63,646 nt of DNA, filler included, from Octopus bimaculoides (GCF_001194135.2; 6 parts of 6 records of this genome joined end to end with filler, not necessarily neighbours in it), one strand, 5' to 3'; positions 1 through 12,071 are shown, numbered from the whole stretch's first letter. Notes: generated from the sequence alone by a model not told the origin. Translations and numbers: made by a program.

Positions 1-2236
1 TTACATTTTGAATATATATGTATGAATATATATATATATATATATATAATAATATTAGGGACAAAATCCAAAATTACAGGTAAAAACTCAATTAAAATCA
101 ATTTATAAAAAATCAAAATTAAATTTATTATCTTTATCTTATGATATTTACTTTGTTTTATATTATACTCATTTATTGTGCTTTTAATTGTTAATTTTTC
201 TATATGTGATAGTGGATTTTCATCGATGAGTTCTTGAAACTTGGTTATTTTCCCTAAAACTATATATATATGTGTGACAGGCTTCCACACAGTTGTTTCC
301 ACCAACTAAATCCACTCACAAAGCTTTTTTCGGCCTAGGGTTATAGTAGTAGATACTTGCCCAAGGTGCGTCACAGTGGGTTTGAACCCGAGACAGCATA
401 ATTGGAAAGTAGGTGTTTTAACCACACAGCCACACAAAGAGGCATAACTGCATATCGATGCCCTAGCGTCTTTGTTTCCTCATCACTCTGGGAAATAGTC
501 TATATTTTAATGAGATTCTGCAGAGAATCTCATTTTTGGTCAGCCCTGATTGTATAGAGCTGTGATCATAGGCGCTGCAGATCTTTTGTTTCGGATATAA
601 TGCACTGAGGTTTGTCATGAGATGGTGTATGTTTGTGTGTGTGTGCATATGTATGTGTGAAGGTGCGTGGCTTTATGATTAAATCGTTCGGCTCATGATC
701 AAAATGTTGTGGGTTCAATTCCTGGATTGGACAATGTTTGAGAAAGATCATTTTATTTTGCTCAACTGCGAATGAGTACCAATCGGGTACTCTTTATATA
801 TATATATATATATATATCTTTCTATCTATCTAGCTATCTCCTCTCTTCTCCAGTTATCACCAGCGCAAACGTTCTCAACCATTTTTTTACGTATAGACCC
901 TTTGATTACTATTTTGTTCTAGTTAACCCCCATAGCCATTCGATGTTTAAAAACTAGTTTTACAGACTCTTCTTTAAAAATTCCTATTTGTCGCCCATTC
1001 ACTTGTGCATTTTTGCGATCGCACTTTCTTTGAGAACATGTTCCAGGGGCCGGGAACAAGTTGAACTATTTAAAACGTTACATAAAGAAACCAAACTGTT
1101 TCTTGCAATAAATACAACTAGAGCAAAATTTTGTCATGGGTCGTTGAAATACTACCAGGGACACCTAGTTTACTATTTTGCTTGTGGGGAAACTCAGAAC
1201 AATATTACATGGACAACGGTCAAGAACTTTTGGCCAAGATGTTTTTATCAGCTCACAACTCTATGACACCTTAAGCAATTAGCAAAAGTACGGTATATGT
1301 TATCAAAAACATACTTATATACCGGTGGCTACTTTTTTTTAATTATCTTTGTGTCTGTTTGCGGTTCATTGTTCCTTTTATATCTCTGCTCCACTCACTT
1401 TTTCTCCTCTTTATCAATTGTCTCCATGTATTCACCTCCCCCCTCCCTCTCTCTCTCATACTTTATCAACCACCTCCGCCTATATGACTCTCTCTATCTC
1501 TCTCACTCCCCTTCCTTTCTCTTTCTATACCCTCCTTTCTCTTTCTATACTCTCCTTCCTTCCCTCCTCTCTATACGTCTCATACTCTATCAATCATCTC
1601 CGCGTATACACCCCTCTGCTCCTTTGTCTCACTCTCTCTCACCCCCTCTCTCCCTCTGTCTCTCTCACTCCTTCTCTCTGACTCCCTCTCTCTCTCTCTG
1701 ATTAACTTCTTTCTCTTTTTCTATATTCCTTCCTTCCCTCTTCTCCGTGACTCTCACACTTTATCAACCACATCCGCGTATATGTGGTATATGTCGCTCT
1801 CTCGCTCTGTCCTCCCTCTCTCTGTTTGTCCCTCTGTCTGCCTGCCTACCTGCCTGCCTGAGTGCCTGTCTGTCTCTCTGGTTAATTTTTTCCTCTTTCT
1901 CTACACTCCTCTCTTCCCTCATTCTATGATCAAACTTCCTGTTCTAACTGGGATGGTTTTTGTCTTGTTACCAAGAATTACAATTGTGGAAACTAAAACT
2001 ATGTCACTTAAATGAATAATATATATGTTCAGAATATTCAATGAGCCTAGCTTACTGCTTTCATATTATTTATAATAAAGAATGGTTTCTAATTTAGTCT
2101 CAAGGCCAGTAGTTTTTGAGGAGTGAGGGAGAAGTCGATACCACTGGCCTCAGTATATGACTGGTACCATATTTTATCAACCTAGAAAATATGAAAGGCA
2201 TTGTTGACCTTGGTAAAAATTGAAACTCAACAATTA

Positions 2237-3103
2237 CGAGATGGTATCAAAAAGTTCCTGGATTAGTTCTGTAGCGCGTCAACAGATGGCAGCACACGGT
2301 TGTGCACGCAGTGAGAGTTGGTAGTGACCTCTGTGAAGCAGTGTGCCAAGTGACATCGCTGGGTTTACTTCACAAGTTGTGACATTTGTGTTTTTGTGAT
2401 CATGTGTGTGCAGTAGTCTGCGATTTTGTCTTGGACAGGAACAAAGGGCCAACGTGAAATTTTGCTTTAAACTTGGGAAGTCTGCTGCAGGGACATCAAG
2501 CATGCTTCAGCAAGCTTATGGCGACGAGGCAATGGGTTGTACGCAATGTCTCAAGTGGCACGGACACACTTCAAAAGCTGAAGAACGTCCCTGGAAGACC
2601 TGCTACAAACATCACCCCTGGAAATGTGGTATTGTGCATCGAGAATTCTTCACCTGAGGGCCAGAACATCAGTCGAGATTTCTACTGCAATGTTTTGAAG
2701 TATTTGAGGGAGGGAATTTAGCAAAAGTAACTGGGTCTGTGGAGCACAAAGAATTGGATTTTTCAGAATGATAATGGCCCCTGTCACCGAGTTCTTCTCG
2801 CCAAAAACAACATGGTATCACTTCCGTATCCCCATTATTTGCCAGATTTAGCATCTGTGGACTTCCATAGATGTAAATGCTGCTCAAAGGTCGTTGTTCT
2901 AACCCTGTTGTTGTGATCCAAAGTGAATTGCAGAAGGTCCTCGATTCACTTACGGAAAATGACTTCCAGGCCGGATTCCAAAAAATGGCAAGAATGCTGG
3001 GACCAGTGTATTGCTGTGCAAGGTGACTATTTCAAAGGAGATGATGATAAAACTTATTTTTTATTAAGCACAACTAGTCTGGGAGCCTTTTGATACCACC
3101 TTG
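2237..3103 (+). mobile_element. Internally deleted mariner transposon
   Basis: TIRs CGAGATGGTATCAAAAAGTTCC / ...CCTTTTGATACCACCTTG with TA on the left. Broken transposase fragments EQRANVKFCFKLGKS...AYGDEAM, FQNDNGPCH, PHYLPDLASVDF. Confidence 0.9.
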
Positions 3104-3484
3104 TCTAATAATAATTCCATCTAATTGTGGTTCAAGGCTTGCAAATTTAAAGCAAGGGGTGCGTCAGTTACATCAACCCCAGTACTTGACTGGTACTTTA
3201 TTTCATCTACCATGTGAGGATAAAAGACAAAGTTGATCCCTGGAGGATTTGAACTCAGAACATAAAGGGCTTGAAGGAATTTTCTGAGGCTCTAACAATT
3301 CTGCTAGCTCACCACATTAATTATCATCATCATTTAGGTCCCTTTTCCATGCTGGCATAAGTTAGATGGTTTAACTGGTACCAGAGAAGTGTACCAGGAT
3401 CCAGTCTGATAGGGCTTGGTTTCTACGGCTGGATATATATCCAAATAAATTGTTATTGTTACTGACCATACACTGTCCATTCTA

Positions 3485-3783
3485 CATATATACAATCTTG
3501 TTTTCAAAATCTCAAAGCTACAAGATAATGCATGATTAATTGAAAACAATGTGAATAAATAAGCATTAACAGAATAATCTGAGCCATATCCAGCCCAAAT
3601 ATTCTACTCAAATATTCTATTTGTAAGAAAGGTATGAGATCCAGCCTCTCATACCTTTCCTACAAATGTCATCCTAAAACTAAACAATCGCAGCATTGAA
3701 ATCTTGGAGCTACATGATTAATTCAAAGCAATGTGAATAAAAAGCATTGTTTTACAGAATAAACTGAATGCTAAAAGATTAAA
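3485..3783. mobile_element. Partial tandem copies of a piggyBac-like MITE (same family as 14557-14768)
   Basis: Shares TGATTAATT..AAACAATGTGAATAAATAAGCATT and the terminal CTGAATGCTAAAAG with the 14557 element; part of the body is present twice. Confidence 0.6.
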
Positions 3784-4140
3784 CGTCCCTTGAAGGTGTA
3801 GCAAAACCAATTTCTATAATGGTATATTGGAGTCAACTGGCCTTTTATAGGCTCCACACATTAATCTTTAATGATTGGTCATCTGACCTATCATTTGAGT
3901 TTGGAACATTTGGTTGAGTCGTGTATTTTGATTGGTCGAGTATTGCTTAGGACATGGATCTCAGATCCAATCACATTGTCGTCGTTGTGCGTAATATATT
4001 CTCTAACAACTAACCTGAATCATTGCTGGAGCCTACTTCTGTCTAGAAATTGAGTTAACAAAACATCTATGACAGAGGGGTGAGAGATTTTCAGGAAGGT
4101 GAGTCATGTTATTTTCTTGCTGTTATAGTGAAGCACAAGT

Positions 4141-4605
4141 GGAGGCGCAATGGCCCAGTGGTTAGGGCAGCAGACTCGCGGTCATAGGATCACGGTTTCG
4201 ATTCCCAGACTGGGCGCTGTGAATGTTTATTGAGCGAAAACACCTAAAGCTCCACGATGCTCCGGCAGAGGATGGTGGCGAACCCTGCTGTACTCTTTCA
4301 CCACAACTTTNNNNNNNNNNCCTAAAGCTCCACGATGCTCCGGCAGAGGATGGTGGCGAACCCTGCTGTACTCTTTCACCACAACTTTCTCTCACTCTTA
4401 CTTCCTCTTTCTGTTGTGCCTGTAATTCAAAGGGTCAGCCTTGTCACACTGTGTCACGCTGAATCTCCCCGAGAACTACGTTAAGGGTACATGTGTCTAT
4501 GAAATCCTCAGCCACTTGCACATTCATTTCACGAGCAGGCTGTTCCGTTGATCGGTTCGACTGGAACCCTCGACGTCGTAAGCGATGGAGTGCCAACACA
4601 CACAC
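4141..4605 (+). mobile_element. tRNA-derived SINE (long-body family)
   Basis: A box TGGCCCAGTGG, B box GGTTTCGATTCC, (CA)n tail. An inverted homologue lies at 41490-41781. The duplication around the 10-N gap at 4311 is probably an assembly overlap. Confidence 0.8.
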
Positions 4606-6053
4606 ACACAACACAGTAAAGCACATGTCATCAATGATGACCACAGCTGAATTATACAAACGATGGATGAACCATGCAACTACTAGAATCCATGATATGT
4701 TTATTTTGTCCACTGTAATATTTAGCTGAGGAATAAAGCCTTGCTGTTATTTTAAAGTTTGTTTCTTGTATTATTTCCATGAGTGAATACGCAACACGTT
4801 ATACAATTGTATGCAAGATTCCATAGTAAACCAACAGAAACTTTATACCTACACAGCTAACGAGGCAATAGGCCATTATACTGCAATCAATAAAAGTGTA
4901 GTTAATGATGGCTCCCATTACTGGGATTGATTAAATTTCATCTGTTCTATGTCTTTAGTAGCCCCACCTTTACCAATATCTGGTTTCATTGTCATGAAAA
5001 CAAATGGGTTAAATGATTAGAGGATAACATTTGCATTTTGTAGGCCACTGACATCAAGTTCATGTGTCTACTCTCACCTCTACCCATCAAATCTATGTCT
5101 CTCTTCAGATCTTTTTAAATTTCTTCTAACCACTTCAAGTATTCCAAATTTTCACTAGATTATTTTTATAAAATGTAGTTTTAATGATGTTTTCTTATTT
5201 CTTTATTGCCCACAAGGGGCTAAACATAGCGGGAACAAACAAAGACAGACAAAGGGATTAAGTCAATGACATCGAACCCAGTGCATAACTGGTACTTAAT
5301 TTATCGACCCCGAAAGGATGAAAGGCAAAGTCGACCTCAGNNNNNNNNNNNNNNNNNNNNNNNNNNNNNNNNNNNNNNNNNNNNNNNNNNNNNNNNNNNN
5401 NNNNNNNNNNNNNNNNNNNNNNNNNNNNNNNNNNNNNNNNNNNNNNNNNNNNNNNNNNNNNNNNNNNNNNNNNNNNNNNNNNNNNNNNNNNNNNNNNNNN
5501 NNNNNNNNNNNNNNNNNNNNNNNNNNNNNNNNNNNNNNNNNNNNNNNNNNNNNNNNNNNNNNNNNNNNNNNNNNNNNNNNNNNNNNNNNNNNNNNNNNNN
5601 NNNNNNNNNNNNNNNNNNNNNNNNNNNNNNNNNNNNGAGGAAAGTCATGTTTGAACTTATTTTCTGTTGAGCCATCTCAAGTTTAGTGAGGCATTGTGAT
5701 GTGCTGAAAATACCAATTCTATTTTCTGGTATACATTTAATATCATTTCTGGAATAACCATGAAATTTAATTCCACAGTTAAAGGGTTGTAGGGAACCCT
5801 GGCAGTCAAGCATGAAAGCAAAACGAAAAAGGGATTTAACAAGAGTAATCTCCCTAAGTTATGTCCCTGTAACTTAGCAGTTCGGCAAAAGTCACCGATA
5901 GAATAAGTACTAGGCTTACAAAGAATAAGTCCTGGAGTCAATTTGTTCGACTAAAGGCGGTGCTCCAGCATGGCTGCAGTCAAATGACAGAAACAAGTAA
6001 AAGAGTGAAGGTTAAAGAGTGTTGTATTCTGGGATCCTTGAGTGTTTCATGTC

Positions 6054-6456
6054 CAGTGGCGTAGCTAGGGTAAACCGCACGCGGGGCAAGCCGCAAAAAT
6101 TCATCCCCCCACCTGCATTACAAAATCCACAATATTACAAGTAATTAATGTTTTAAAGCAATATTTTTGGAATAAATGCTTTATCATGGTTCATTTACCC
6201 GCTGGTTTGGTACAGCCTGTAATTCAAAATATATCATTCTTAAAGTTTACTTTTACAAAACCTCCTTATTTTACCCATTTAATGCACCAGCTTCCCTGAC
6301 TGAAACATTAAAGAAAACCTAATGTGTGAAATGAGATGTAATAAAAAACAAAACAAAAAAACAATTGTTTAAAGTCTCATCTTTCTTGCCTTTGATGAGG
6401 CACCCTCTTCAATCGGTGCTGGGGGCTTGAGTCCCTCACTCACAGTTACACTACTG
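6054..6456. mobile_element. hAT-type MITE with perfect 8-bp TSD, about 370 bp upstream of the Nup43 ATG
   Basis: TIRs CAGTGGCGTAGCT / AGTTACACTACTG; TTCATGTC duplicated at 6046-6053 and 6457-6464. Confidence 0.85.
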
Positions 6457-6782
6457 TTCATGTCTTACAAAATACATCCTCACCTGGGTGACCTGACCTA
6501 GATTGCAGCATTCTATGATCAGCTCTTTTCAGCCAGTCATTCAGACGCTTTCTTATCAGTCTGTACATTGCTTCTTCAGTAAGCTCCAGTAATACCCAGA
6601 ATTTTAAAATCTTCACCGAATCCTAGGTTACCACAAAAGTATTTTTTGAGAAACTCTGACATATAGAGGATTATTTGTTCTCTCCCCTTTATCGCTAATT
6701 TCAAAGAGTTCTTCCCCCTCGTTATAAATGCTAATTTTCCCCTTGTTATAAACGTTACTATCCCCCTTCCCCCTCTTCAACA

Positions 6783-6815
6783 ACCAATCGAATTCACGCG
6801 TGTTCCCGCCATTTG
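6783..6815 (+). promoter_or_regulatory. Nup43 proximal promoter / 5' UTR motif cluster
   Basis: CCAAT (ACCAATCG), ACGCGT and TTCCCGCCATTT (E2F-like site overlapping YY1-like CGCCATTT) within 50 nt of the ATG, in a locally CpG-retaining region. TSS unknown. Confidence 0.45.
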
Positions 6816-6829
6816 TAAATAGTCACAAC

Positions 6830-6949
6830 ATGGCTGACATGAACGTGAAGTTTATTTCGCAGAAAATAAGTAAAATCCGATGGAAACCAGTTGGAGCTTC
6901 GTCACTTCAGAAACCGAATCTGTTTGTCACAGGTAGTTGGGATGATGAG
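6830..6949 (+). CDS. NUP43: Nucleoporin Nup43, coding exon 1
   Basis: ATG at 6830 gives MADMNVKFISQKISKIRWKPVGASSLQKPNLFVTGSWDDE, matching the Nup43 N-terminal signature KFVSQKISKxRWxP...GSWD. Donor GAG|GTAAGA at 6950, phase 0. Confidence 0.95.
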
Positions 6950-7189
6950 GTAAGAACTGGCCGTTCTCTCTCCATTTATTCTTATTGTATATTCGTCATG
7001 TGCTTTCAAGTCGCCGGTCATCTTGCGACCACACGCTGCCATGGACGGCAACTGACCCCTTCGCTATTCAATAGTGATCCCTCACATTTAGAAAATACAG
7101 TTTACAAAAAATCATCCCTTAATACAAATTAGTGCCCATCCAGAATATTCTGAAGCACCCCTGGACATCAAAGTTTGCTTACGATGCCG

Positions 7190-7596
7190 GTTTCGAATCT
7201 ACGAAACTATGCCAAAAACGTTCTGAGTTCAAATTCCGCCGAGGACGACCTTTGCCTTTCATCCTTTCGGGGGTCGATGAATTAAGTACCAGTGAAATAC
7301 TAGGGTCGATGTAATCCACTAATCTCGTCCCACAAAATTTCAGGCCTTGTGCTTTTAGTAGAAAGGAATATTATTATTATTACTGCAGAATTGTTAGCAC
7401 GCTGGACGAAATGTTTAGCAGTATTTCGCCCGTCGCTATGTTCTGAGTTCAGATTCTGCCGAGGTCGACTTTACCTTTTTTATCCTTTCGGGGTCGATAA
7501 ATTAAGTATCAGTTGAGTGCTGGGGTCGATATAATCAACTATCCCCCTCCCCCACATTTTAGCCTTGTGCCCATAGTAGAAAGGATTATTATTATT
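7190..7596 (+). mobile_element. Two tandem tRNA-SINEs with a Deu/Nin-like core
   Basis: GAGTTCAAATTC B box and GCCTTTCATCCTTTCGGGGTCGAT core, each copy ending in (ATT)n. Confidence 0.8.
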
Positions 7597-7930
7597 GTAT
7601 GAAAACACCACAGCTTATTTTGCTGGGTCTGATGGAAGGTGTCAGCTGTCCACAGCCAGCAGACTAAAGTGACACTTGTGTTACTGGTTATGCTTTAAGA
7701 AGCCTCCGAAGAATTGCAGTTCCAAGCAATGATGATTTTTATAGAACGTTCTATCTCTACATGGCTAATACATTTAGGAATCACTTTGCTCGTCATATTA
7801 TATGTGCAAAGTTCGAAACATCGTCAACACAGGAATCTGTTGAATCACAACTTGTCTTTATAATTAGCATATTCGATTCCAGGGAACTAGCGAACTAACC
7901 GAAACTCCACTCGTTTTTCTCAACTTTAAA
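7597..7930 (-). mobile_element. R4/Dong non-LTR retrotransposon 3' relic
   Basis: Minus strand KSSLLGTAILRRLLKA*, the same C-terminal motif as the copies at 29-32 kb, then a 3' UTR abutting the (ATT)n tail of the neighbouring SINE. Confidence 0.6.
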
Positions 7931-8007
7931 AACAATTTTTCACAAATTCCGGTATAATCGTAATGTAAAATGCACCCCACCCCCTTTTTATTTATTTGTT
8001 CTTTTTT

Positions 8008-8210
8008 TCTTTTACTTGTTTCAGTCATTTGACTGCGGCCATGCTGGAGCACCGCTTTTAGTCGAACAAATCGACCCCAAGAATTATTCTTTGTAAGCCT
8101 AGTACTTATTCTATCGTTCTCTTTTTGCCGAACCGCTAAGTTACTGTGACTTAAACACACCAGCATCGGTTGTCAAGCAATGCTGGAGAGACAAACAGAC
8201 ACACAAACAT

Positions 8211-8270
<60 letters not shown>

Positions 8271-8432
8271 GACGGGCTTCTTCCAGTTTCCGTCTACCAA
8301 ATCCACTCACAAGGCTTTGGTCAGCTCGAGGCTATAGTAGAAGACACTTGCCCAAGGTGCTATGCAGTGGGACTGAACCCGGGACCATGTGGTTGGTAAG
8401 CAAGCTACTTACCACACAGCCACTCCTGTGCC
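8008..8432 (-). mobile_element. Full-length tRNA-derived SINE (OK-like, most abundant family here)
   Basis: Head GGCTGTGTGGTAAG...GGGTTCAGTCCCAC, internal (TA)n, tail GGTGCTCCAGCATGGCCGCAGTCAAATGACTGAAACAAGTAAAA. More than 12 further copies in the window, e.g. 277-432, 5870-6005, 12985-13597, 20440-20660, 21060-21230, 21525-21795, 22520-23020, 38845-39030, 43635-43752, 56635-56765. Confidence 0.85.
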
Positions 8433-8597
8433 TATATATACAAGATTAAACAAATATTACTTTATGGATAGTGCAGAAATGTGCATAAATAAAAGGGGGT
8501 CCCTCGGGGCCCCAATGGCCTTTTGTGTAATTCCAACCCTGCCGGCACAGAAAAGGTTAATACATTGTAATATCTCTCTCTACGATTCAATCCCTCT

Positions 8598-8890
8598 GTA
8601 TGAGACCTTGGGCAAGTGTCTTCTACTATAGCCATGGACTGACCAAAACCTTGTGAGTGGACTTGCTACACGGAAACTGAAAGAAGCCCGTTGTGTGTGT
8701 GTGTCCCCCACTACTGCATCACAACCGGTGTTGATATGTTTACATCCTTGAAACTTACCAGTTTGGCAAAAGAAACTCTCAGAATAAATTCCAAGCTTTT
8801 TAAGAAGCATAAAGAGTTGATTCATTCAACTAAAAATTCTTCAAGGTGGTGCTCCAGCATGGCTGCACTCTGACTGAAACAAGTAAAAGA
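8598..8890 (+). mobile_element. OK-like SINE, inverted relative to 8008-8432
   Basis: CCTTGGGCAAGTGTCTTCTACTATAGCC...GGTGCTCCAGCATGGCTGCA...CTGAAACAAGTAAAAGA. Confidence 0.8.
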
Positions 8891-9354
8891 TATATAAAAA
8901 GGCTTCTCAGGTTTCTTTCATTTCTGCTTATAAACCCCCAAACTTTTTATCTTTTTTACTCACTCTTTTCTCCATGTCTGCCTTAGAATTTACCTCTATC
9001 TCATCCAATTTCTCTATTAGTTTCCTCAGCAATGTCCATCTGTTCACTTCCCTCCGTCGGTTTCCGACCCCTACTCCACTTCTCTCTTTCTCATCCCCCA
9101 AACACACTAAATCTGCCATGCCATTCTCTCAGTTCCTTTTGGCTTCACCATCTCTGCAGCTGGTTTGGGCATAAAACAGGTACAAAATTTGGGCCCATTA
9201 TCCCTGTTTAAATACTAAAGAGTTAGGGAGGGTGATAAAATAAATGCCAGTTGAGCATTGAGGTTGATGTAATTGGCTTCCCCCTCCCCTCAAAATTGCT
9301 GGCTTTGTGGAAAAATTCTTATTAGATTCTGTTATTGATTTTGTATCTTTCCAG

Positions 9355-9498
9355 CAATGTAAGTTATCATTTTGGACATTTGGTCAACATGACATTGACT
9401 ATGATCTCTACACGATGGATACTGAAACTGCTCCAGTGGACATGGAACCAAAACTCCTCGCAGACATCACACATGTTGGTGATGTGACGGATTTAAAG
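9355..9498 (+). CDS. NUP43: Nup43 coding exon 2
   Basis: Acceptor TTTCCAG|, frame QCKLSFWTFGQ...LLADITHVGDVTDLK (Nup43 HxGDVxDL), donor AAG|GTAAGT. 144 nt, phase 0-0. Confidence 0.93.
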
Positions 9499-9579
9499 GT
9501 AAGTACCATAACAACAATGTCTTTACACATGTTGATATTTACAAGGGGAAGGCGGAAAGCTGGTAGAATCGTTAGCACA

Positions 9580-10160
9580 TGGCGGCGAGCTGGCCGAAGT
9601 GTTAGTATGTCGGACAAAATGCTTAGTGGTATTTCGTCTGCTGTTACGTCCTGAGTTCAAATTCTGCCGAGGTCGACTTTGCCTTTCATCCTTTCGGGGT
9701 TGGTAAATTAAGTACCAGTTACGCACTGGGGTCCATGTAATCGACTCAACCCCTTTGTCTGTCCTTGTTTGTCCCCTTTATGTTTAGCCCCTTGTGGGCA
9801 ATCAAGAAATAAGAAAAGTTAGTATGCTGGGTGAAATGCTTAGTGGTATTTCGTCTGCCGTTACGTTCTGAGTTCAAATTCTGCCGAGGTCAACTTTGCC
9901 TTTCATCCTTTCGGGGTCGATAAATTAAGTACCAGTTATGCACTGGGGTCGGTCTGATCCACTTAATCCCTTTGTCTGTCCTTGTTTGTCCCCTCTATGT
10001 TTAGCCCCTTGTGGGCAATAAAGAAATAAGAATCATTAGCACACTGGATGAAATGTTTAGCGGTATTTCACCCATTGATAAATTCTTGGTTCAAATTCTG
10101 CCGAGGACAACGGGGTCGATATATACTAAGTACCAGTTAATTACTGGGGTTGATGTAATC
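9580..10160 (+). mobile_element. Three head-to-tail Deu/Nin-core tRNA-SINEs
   Basis: Repeated unit CTGAGTTCAAATTCTGCCGAGGTC..CTTTGCCTTTCATCCTTTCGGGG...AAAGAAATAAGA. The same family occurs at 5195-5340, 10770-10975, 22300-22500 and 43830-44045. Confidence 0.85.
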
Positions 10161-10979
10161 GGATCTATTTTAAAACGGGGGCCACATTTTTCATTAATGT
10201 TTTACGTAGTATTTTTGGTATGGAAAGACTTTCAAACTTCCTATACTTATCTATTTTGTGTTATAGAACAGAAAAATATTTTTGTATTCAAATTAATTTC
10301 ATGTAAAAAATTGTCTTATTTCGATAATTTCAACCAATCACTGACAAGTATTCAGTTGTTTATATTTACTCCTTTGGCTGATTAAGCGATGTAAAGCGTA
10401 TTTAATCTCCATACCTTCGTTTTATTTGCTTTTTTCATTTTAAATTTGCTTTAACCCTAACCCTAAGGTTAGGGTTAGGGTTAATTGTTTCAGAATCGTT
10501 TGTTTATGTAGTCGGCACTTAATGTATATCGGCTGAATGGACGTCAGTGATTGGTTGAAATTACAGAAATATGACAACTTTAACATGGAAAAACATATGG
10601 ATTTCTTTTTTTTTTAAGAAGACTAAGAGAAAAAGATGTTTTATAGGACACATTCTACCAGTGTTCAACTAACCTCCTCCTCCAAAACTTCAAGCCTTGT
10701 GCTTATAGTAGAAAGAATTATTATTATTATCATTATTATTATTAACCTTTCATCCTTAATAAGGCAGCAAGCTAGTAGAATCATTGACATGTTGGGCCAA
10801 ATAACTAGTGGTGTTTTTTCCATCCTTATGTTCTGAGTTCAAATGCTGTCGTGGTTGACTTTGCCATTCATCCTTTTGGAGGGGGGGATCAATAAAATGA
10901 GTACCAATTGAACACTGGGGTCAATACTATCGACTTATCCCCTCTCCCAAAATTGCTGGCCTTGTTCCAAACTTTGAAA

Positions 10980-11215
10980 TGGTGCCGGCAAGGTGAAAGT
11001 TGGCAATGAGTTCAAGGAGTCGACCAACGCTCAGTTCTCAGCCCCCTCCTGTTTATCTTAGACCTCCAGGCCTTAACAGGAATTCAAGACCGGCTGTCCC
11101 CGGGAGCTCTGTACTGATGACTTTGTTCTCACACCTGACCTTGAGAAGAAATTTCAGGTGTGGAAACAAGGTCTGGAATATGAAGGCCTCTCGGATTAAT
11201 TTAGCAAAAACCATA
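10980..11215 (+). pseudogene. RTE-clade reverse transcriptase fragment
   Basis: Frameshifted remnants of QGSVLSPLLF and ELLYADD (here ELCTDDFVL) plus LEKKFQVWKQGLE..G(L)..NLAKT. Confidence 0.8.
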
Positions 11216-11445
11216 ATTCAACCTACACAAGTTAATTTTGTTAAAACAAAATGGGAATTCTGAAAGAAGTTTCTCTAAATAGCTATGGGGGTTCACCACA
11301 ATTAAATAGTAATCAAAGGGGTCCATAGATAAAAGAAATGATTGGGAACCCCTAGCCACTTGCCTTCATACCGCAATAGCTAAGTTTATTCTAGTCGCAG
11401 ACAAATTCCATTATAAATCTTACTTTGTTTTTAACTATATTTCAG

Positions 11446-11523
11446 TATCTTGACCAGCAGCAAGTTGTGGCTTCCTCATCAATGGGTTCCGTTGGAATTT
11501 TTAAGCATAACCAAAACACACAG
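11446..11523 (+). CDS. NUP43: Nup43 coding exon 3
   Basis: Acceptor ATTTCAG|, frame YLDQQQVVASSSMGSVGIFKHNQNTQ (cf. human FFDQERIVAASSTGCV), donor CAG|GTATAG. 78 nt, phase 0-0. Confidence 0.92.
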
Positions 11524-11565
11524 GTATAGCATTTCTGTTTTCGAGTATTCCTTATTTTATCATTT

Positions 11566-11735
11566 ACTAGCAGTATAACCCGACGTTGTCCGGGTGTGAC
11601 TTACTACGCCATCTGCATTACCTTTGGATATCCTTGTTACTTATTTTGATTTTAATCACCTTATTTTGAAACTGTATAGATAATACCATACTAAATTCTG
11701 GTGCCTAAACTTAAGTAACATATTCACCTGAATCT
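11566..11735. mobile_element. Possible non-autonomous Helitron/Helentron-like repeat
   Basis: Begins ACTAGCAGTATAACCCGACGTTGTCCGGG (terminal hairpin CCCGAC/GTC.GGG) and ends in (TA)n. Motif resemblance only. Confidence 0.3.
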
Positions 11736-11757
11736 AAATTATATATATATATGTATG

Positions 11758-11824
<67 letters not shown>

Positions 11825-12071
11825 CATTTCACATCCATTGTCAATGGGTTTGATGGTTTGACCAGGGCTGGTAAGCTGGAAGGCTGCTCCAGACTCCAGT
11901 CTGATTTGGCATGACTTTCTACAGCTGGATGCCTTTCCTAACGCCAACCACTCCAAGAGTGGCATGGGAGCCATTTGCTTGATACTGGTATCTGCCATGA
12001 CTGTGATTTTGTTCAGCTTCATGGGTCTTCTTCTCAAGTACGTCATAATGCTAAAGGTCTCGGTCATTGCC
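11825..12071 (-). mobile_element. RTE LINE 3' end (ORF C-terminus and 3' UTR)
   Basis: Minus strand NDRDL*HYDVLEKK, cf. SD*HLWQYVVLKTRQAK in the + copy at 16468-16890, followed by the GGAAAGGCATCCAGCTGTAGAAA UTR motif. Confidence 0.75.

Noticed and set aside
4243-4388. Direct repeats flanking 10-N gaps (also about 13116-13410, 18777-19146 and 24790-24890)
   Set aside because: Near-identical sequence on both sides of a minimal gap is the signature of unmerged contig overlaps.
8928-9119. Charged 63-aa ORF antisense in intron 1 (LIEKLDEIEVNSKADMEKRV)
   Set aside because: Purine-rich low-complexity strand; at most a LINE ORF1 relic, with no diagnostic motif.
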